From assembly GCF_009914755.1 (NCBI RefSeq), contig NC_060927.1: a stretch of DNA of 64,000 bases; one strand, given 5' to 3'. Source of the stretch: the human T2T-CHM13v2.0 reference genome, Homo sapiens. A program made the position numbers and the translations under genes. Positions within the stretch are counted from its first letter, which is position 1. Every line of letters begins with the position of its first letter. A model generated the notes under the pieces. That model did no database searches and was not told the DNA's origin. It worked only from the letters and a program-made list of their open reading frames with translations. Below are positions 58,024 through 64,000 of this stretch, piece by piece.

Positions 58024-58188
58024 ACTGTACCTAGTAGGACTCTAATTGTATAATGAGTTTTCAACACGAATCGAAGGGAAAAAATGGTCAGCGAACATAT
58101 ACTGAACTGTACCTAGCAGGACTCTAATTGTATAATGAGTTTTCAATACGAATCGAAGGGAAAAAAATGGTCAGCGAACATATACTGA
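58024..58188. repeat. Tandem duplication, 2 copies of 82/83 bp
   Basis: 58024-58105 versus 58106-58188 differ by two substitutions and one A-run indel. Confidence 0.96.
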
Positions 58189-60286
58189 TGAATATCTTAG
58201 GAACTGATTTTGCAAGATAATTATATGGGAATACAACTGTTCATGATAATATATGTAATAATTCAGTTTTCAAGAGATATGAACAGTATAAAACTGGTCT
58301 GTTTAAAATGGGCTGGAGTTTGAAGTTAATATTCTAAGTGATTATTGGAACTACTGACCACTAGGACCCTTCCTAGCTAGAGATGGGCATCTCTTTAGAA
58401 TGGACTGATGTAAGCAGTTGGAATAGAAGTCATATTTGACTTACAAATATGAGGCAGCAACGACTGCCCTAAATTAAGTTTGTATTATCTTGAGATAAGC
58501 TCCTCTCTCTTTTGTTAGAATAAACACCTGAGAAATCAACCAAGTAGGTGTTAATGATAAACATACAAGACTGAAGCCCTTTCTTGACTGAGTAGAAACA
58601 GAAAAGATCTGATCTCCACATACTCCTCAAAGTAAACTGTTGCTCTTTTGTAGACACTAACATGCAGACAATAACATGTAGAAATGAACATGACTCCTAT
58701 TTGTTTTGTAATTATATCTAGTTCTGAAGCAGCTATCAAAGTTTGTTCTCTATGTTTAAAGATATAACTGTATGTTTACTGAATTTAGAAAAAGAGTGCA
58801 AGTGCCAAAATAAATACATTTTAGCATTTGCAAATAAAATACACTAAAAATAAATACATCTCGAACTTCCATCTTGCTTTAGGAAAAAAAGAACTGCACT
58901 TTTCTAGATTATATGACCTGTTAGGTCGCCATGTTAATGAAGTCTGAAACATTCGCCTCTCAATGGGATGGCTGTTTGCCCTCCTGCTGAATAAAGATTT
59001 CCTCAATTTAATTATCATATGAGGATATCCTGATACTGAAAAGGAAAGGATAAGGTAAGATTGGTTAAACCATCCCTTTGAGCGTTCTTTCAAACTTGCT
59101 ACCTCTAACACACAACTATCTTGAACAGAAGCCAGACCCAGTTTAAATAATTTTATATTTAAGTATTAATAATGCATGATAAGCCATGTCTGATGTGACA
59201 AATTGCAATAACTATTAAACCATTTGCCCATTCAATATATCTGATTAATCATGACAGACATACCATGTGACAAAGATAAACCTTTTATTAAAAAAAAATA
59301 AGCTAAGTGAATTGAAAAATAGACTAAACCCAATATTTCTCATTGGTATTGATGAATCTGATTCTAGCTGCATGTACTGCCTTGGTAGGGAGAGCTGAGG
59401 AAAGCTCGTTACATCCTCCTTTTAACTTTCCCATGTGCCCAGCTAACTCCTGATTGAAAGGCAATGCTACTTACAATCAGATTTGTGTTGGAGACACATT
59501 CATCCACAAGTGCAGAGAGCCAGAAAGATTGAGCCTAAAAAATCCCAGAGGAAAGGCAAGTGTAGATTACCAATGGTTCCACACTTAATAACATCTCCTG
59601 TACCATGACACACTAGCAAAGTTCTGCAAGAGCAAATGGAGACCAAATCCTCAGGCAGGCAAAAGAGTTGTCTAACATGGTGCCCAGAGCTGTTAAAAGC
59701 AAATTGTCCAAATGTTCATGGTGCACCAGAGATAAATAGCTCCAACAGACAATATCATGAGTTTTCACCATCTCTCCCTACATTCTGTTGCAACTATACT
59801 AAAATTTGTCATAGAAACACTTACACAGAGCAGCACATGAGCTCTCAAGCCCCCTCCCACCTTCCCAATGAGAGCATGCCCCTCATATCTATATGTATAA
59901 ATGATACTTTGATGATTTAAAAAGATGTATGCTACTTTCTCATCTATCTAATGTTTCTAGTAGAGCTTAGCTATTAAGACAATGAAAGGAAAGTCAAACT
60001 TGACTGCGTAAGTGTTGGCTTCCTTAACTGTATATGAAATGGCTAGGAGAATATATGCAATTTCCATGAAAGTTTTGAAAACTCAAACAGAAATATAAAA
60101 AAGAATTCTTATTCTGGGTTACTTTGGGAGAGTTACTGATCCTCTTTGAGACGATTTTTGCATAGATAAAGATATTAATAGTATCACATATATGTTTGTC
60201 AAGATTAAATTAGCAACGATTGTAAAGACTTAGTAATCGCTATAACAAAGTGAAGGTTCAGACATTGTACCTATTATTAATACTAT

Positions 60287-61320
60287 TGTGGTGGATAGAA
60301 GCAAAGGTGACCCCAGTGATTTCTGCCCGTTGTTGTTCATACCTTTATGGAATTCTCTTCCCTTGAGTGTGGGCAGGAGTTTTGATTTGCTTCTACCCAA
60401 TATCATATAGCAAATGTGATGAGATGTCACTCCTCCAATTATGGTACATTATGTGGCAAAGGTCATGACAGATGTCACCGCCAATATTATGTTATGCTTT
60501 AGAAGATTTCCTTTTAGGAGACTGGCACTAGATACTCTCTTCGTGGGCTTGAAGTAAGTGGTTGTCTTGTTCCATTTTCTGTGCTTATAACAGAATACCT
60601 TAAACTGGGTAATTTATACAAAATAGGAATTTATTTTACAGCTATGAAGACTGAGAAGACCAAGATCAAGGGGATACACCTGGCGAGAGCCTTCTTGCTG
60701 GGTTGGACTCTCTGTAGAGTCCTGAAGCAGCACAGGACATTTCATGGCAAGGGGGCTGAGCATGCTAGCTCAGGTCTCTATCTTATTCTTATAAAGCCAC
60801 CAGTTCAATTCCCATAATAACCAATTAATCCATTAATCCATTCATGAGGGTAAAGTCCTCAAGTCACAATCATCTCTTTAAAGACTCCACCTCTCAATAC
60901 TGCCATGTTGAAGATTATTTCAACTTAAGTTTTAGAGGCGAAAAACATTCAAGCCATAGCAGTGGTCGTGTTGGAAAAGCCTACATGACAGAAACTGCAG
61001 TTCCTCTAAGACCTGAGGGCAGCCTCTAGCCAAGAGTCAGAAAAAAGCTGAGACCTTCAGTCACACTCTGTAATAAAATAAATTTTGCCAAAAACCTGAA
61101 TAAACTTCAGTGTGGATTCTTTCCCAGTTGACCCTCCAGAGGAACGCACAGCCCATATGGTACCACAACTGCAACCTTGTGAAACCCAGAACAAGAACCC
61201 AGCTAAGACAGGCCCAGGCTTCTGACCTACAGAAACTGTGAGATAATAAATATGTGTTGATGTGTTGTTTGAAGCTGCTACATCTGTGATGATTTATTAC
61301 ACAAAAATAGACAACTATTG
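60287..61320 (+). mobile_element. MLT1E-like MaLR LTR interrupted by an MST LTR
   Basis: 5' part has CCCTTGAGTGTGGGCAGG and GATGTCACTCC. 3' part has CTGACCTACAGAAACTGTGAGATAATAAAT and AAGCTGCTA...ATAGACAACTA. Confidence 0.82.
60563..60961 (-). mobile_element. MST (MSTC/D-like) solo LTR nested in MLT1
   Basis: TGTCTTGTTCCATTTTCTGTGCTTATAACAGAATACC...AACATTCAAGCCATAGCA. Perfect TSD GTGGT at 60558-60562 and 60962-60966. Confidence 0.88.
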
Positions 61321-62527
61321 TAATTATGTATAGTAATATGGTAGGCAACATGATGAACATGCTTCTTCTATGAAGGAAGTACTTTTGAATTTTGGACTTT
61401 GTGATTGATAAAGAGAGCTAAGAAATGTTGAATTCTCATGGAACTTCAAGGTAGGAGAGATGGTAGAAGCCGTCTGGTCCAACTCTTCCTGTCCATCGTT
61501 TTTCAGATGAAACAACCAAGTTTTCAAAAAAAAAAAAAAATTACCTGGATAAAGGGCATGTGACCAGCTCATTGTAAAGCTACAACTTAAACCCATTTTG
61601 ACTTCGGGCCTAATGTTTCGTATCACTACACTGAACGCAAAGCTGTTATTCTGAGTTAATAGCATTTAAATCAAACATAGAGTAAAGACCAATGATGACT
61701 AGATCTTAAATGATCACCTAGCTTAATTATTATTAACCAAATTCATCAGAAAGCCACTTAGTGACATTCTGATATGATTTATTTTCAAGGTAACACTGAG
61801 TTGATGTGTTATTTGTCAACACCCAATTGTATAAGTACAAAATAAAAACCTAGTAAATACAGAGCAACCAAGGCTGTGTCTGAGAGTATAAAAGCATTGA
61901 GATAAAGGGTAAAAGGTTCAGTTAATCCATGAAAATGTCACCATCCACTAGGGATCTCTATCTGAAGGTTAAGTGTCACAGACTAAGTGTCAGATGGTGC
62001 GAGCAGCCAGAATGGCTAAATCAACTCGGGTGATGAATGTGGTAACAGATGCTACAATCACATTGCTTGCATAGCCAAGACAGAAGATGGGACCACATTA
62101 AAATCAAAATGTACTTCCAAATCTATGTATCTATCCATATCTATTAGTCGTCCCCACTTCTCTTAAAAACAACATATTTTCCTTCAATTTGTACAGTGGT
62201 TGATTAACCAGCTTTTCCCTATTACAACTAAAAAGGATCAAGAGATGTGATTGCCAGGCTACAAATGCAATTCTCACATAGAAGATATTTTTAAAATGCT
62301 TGAATATATATTCTCACAATGGGACAGAATTTTTGAAACCAGAATTATACTGGCCAACAGTGCTATGTCTCTGCTTTTCATTTTCTCCTATCTATTCCTT
62401 CCACTATCTTGAATCCAGCTCTGATACTATATGGGTAATTTTGAAGAGTTATTTAAACGCCACAACTTTAAGTCTCTTAGTGTATATCTTGCTTGATAGA
62501 AGATTGTCTTGAAATATAAATGGGATC

Positions 62528-62870
<343 letters not shown>

Positions 62871-64000
62871 TTAGCACAAATACTTACTGCATAAAATCGT
62901 TACTTTTGCCTTTTCTTCTCATTTTCCTCATGGGAAGCAACTATTTCCCAAAGGTCTTTGGGACCTTTGATTGAGAAGACAGTGATTCCAAACTTATCAG
63001 ACATCTTCCCATCTTTTAGATTGCCAGAACATAGAGAAGCATTTGTTACTGGTGTGAAGTTTTAAGTGCAGTCCAGCCATGTCTTAAGGTTTACACAGTG
63101 TCTGTATGGAGAGTCCTGAGTCAAGTCCGTTCTGTCCAAGAATGGCAAAGGGCAAAGATCCATTCCATGCTTTAAGACAGCAAACCTTTCAGCAAATGAA
63201 GGGGAAAATTGAACTTAAATCAGAAAGGGAAAACAAATCCTCTTGTCCAGTAAATTTCTTTAATCAACAGAGTAGTTTTCCAAGACTTTCATTCAATGTC
63301 AAAAAGCTTACTAGGATTTTTGCCCAAGTACACAAGGTCAGAGCAAGTTGTTATTTCAGAAAAATCCAGAACAGAATCTCTTAGAAAAAAAACATAGAAA
63401 ATTACACTGGCAAAAGAAATTGCTGAGCTGGCACAAAAGGTGTTTGGAAATATTTAATGTACTCTCATTTATCTTTAGATCAGGTGTAGAATGGAAACAG
63501 AACCAATAGGAAAAAATGTTGTTAGTAGACCTGTCAACTATTAAGAACTGCATATGCTGTAATTCTCTAGCTTTTTCCCATAGTCCAAATATATGAATGT
63601 ATGAAAAAAAATAGGGTAAAAGCACATGTAATTTTCCCAGTGATGTATCACAGCTTGCTCTGCCAGGAAAGGTAAGTAAATGAGCAATCTGTCAGTAAGC
63701 CCAGCATGAAATGAGGGTGGAGCTGGGATCACAAAGTAGATATGTCACATTTCAAATTCTTTAGGGAAAATGCTGGTGATATCCAAATTTAAATCTAAAA
63801 AATAAAAAAGCTCCTATTCACACATATTTTTTCTTGTACTTTCCTTTATACTTTATACCTTTCCTAGTATTCTTCTTAGGTTTTCTACTGCACTTTGTGC
63901 AGAACCCAGACATTTAAATGAACATTAAACAAAATGTGAATATCTGAATATATTACCTATACATTCTAATTCTTAGAATTCTAAGCATGTAGGTATTCTG

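Noticed and set aside
58024-58188. Direct repeats as a CRISPR-like array
   Set aside because: Only two abutting copies with no spacers, in eukaryotic DNA with no cas genes.

Overview
Primate (human/great-ape-like) non-coding genomic DNA, AT-rich, most likely a large intron or intergenic region. No intact cellular CDS is recognisable. Almost all ORF-track entries are L1 fragments, Alu or microsatellite read-through, or chance ORFs. Repeat content: one full-length but inactivated L1PA4-like element (31735-37914) inserted into an ancient L3/CR1, four Alus plus a free Alu monomer, MaLR/ERVL solo LTRs (THE1/MST/MLT1/LTR16A), MER20, MIR/L2 fragments and many microsatellites. The best-supported oddity is a 5'-truncated L1 inserted into the A-rich linker of an AluYe-type element, with a 22-nt twin-priming inversion. 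Also seen: an 82-bp near-perfect tandem duplication, and several minus-strand ATG-to-splice-donor segments that may be alternative first exons of an unidentified host gene (inference only). Subfamily names come from remembered consensus sequences, not from a RepeatMasker run. I found no convincing novel biological system.
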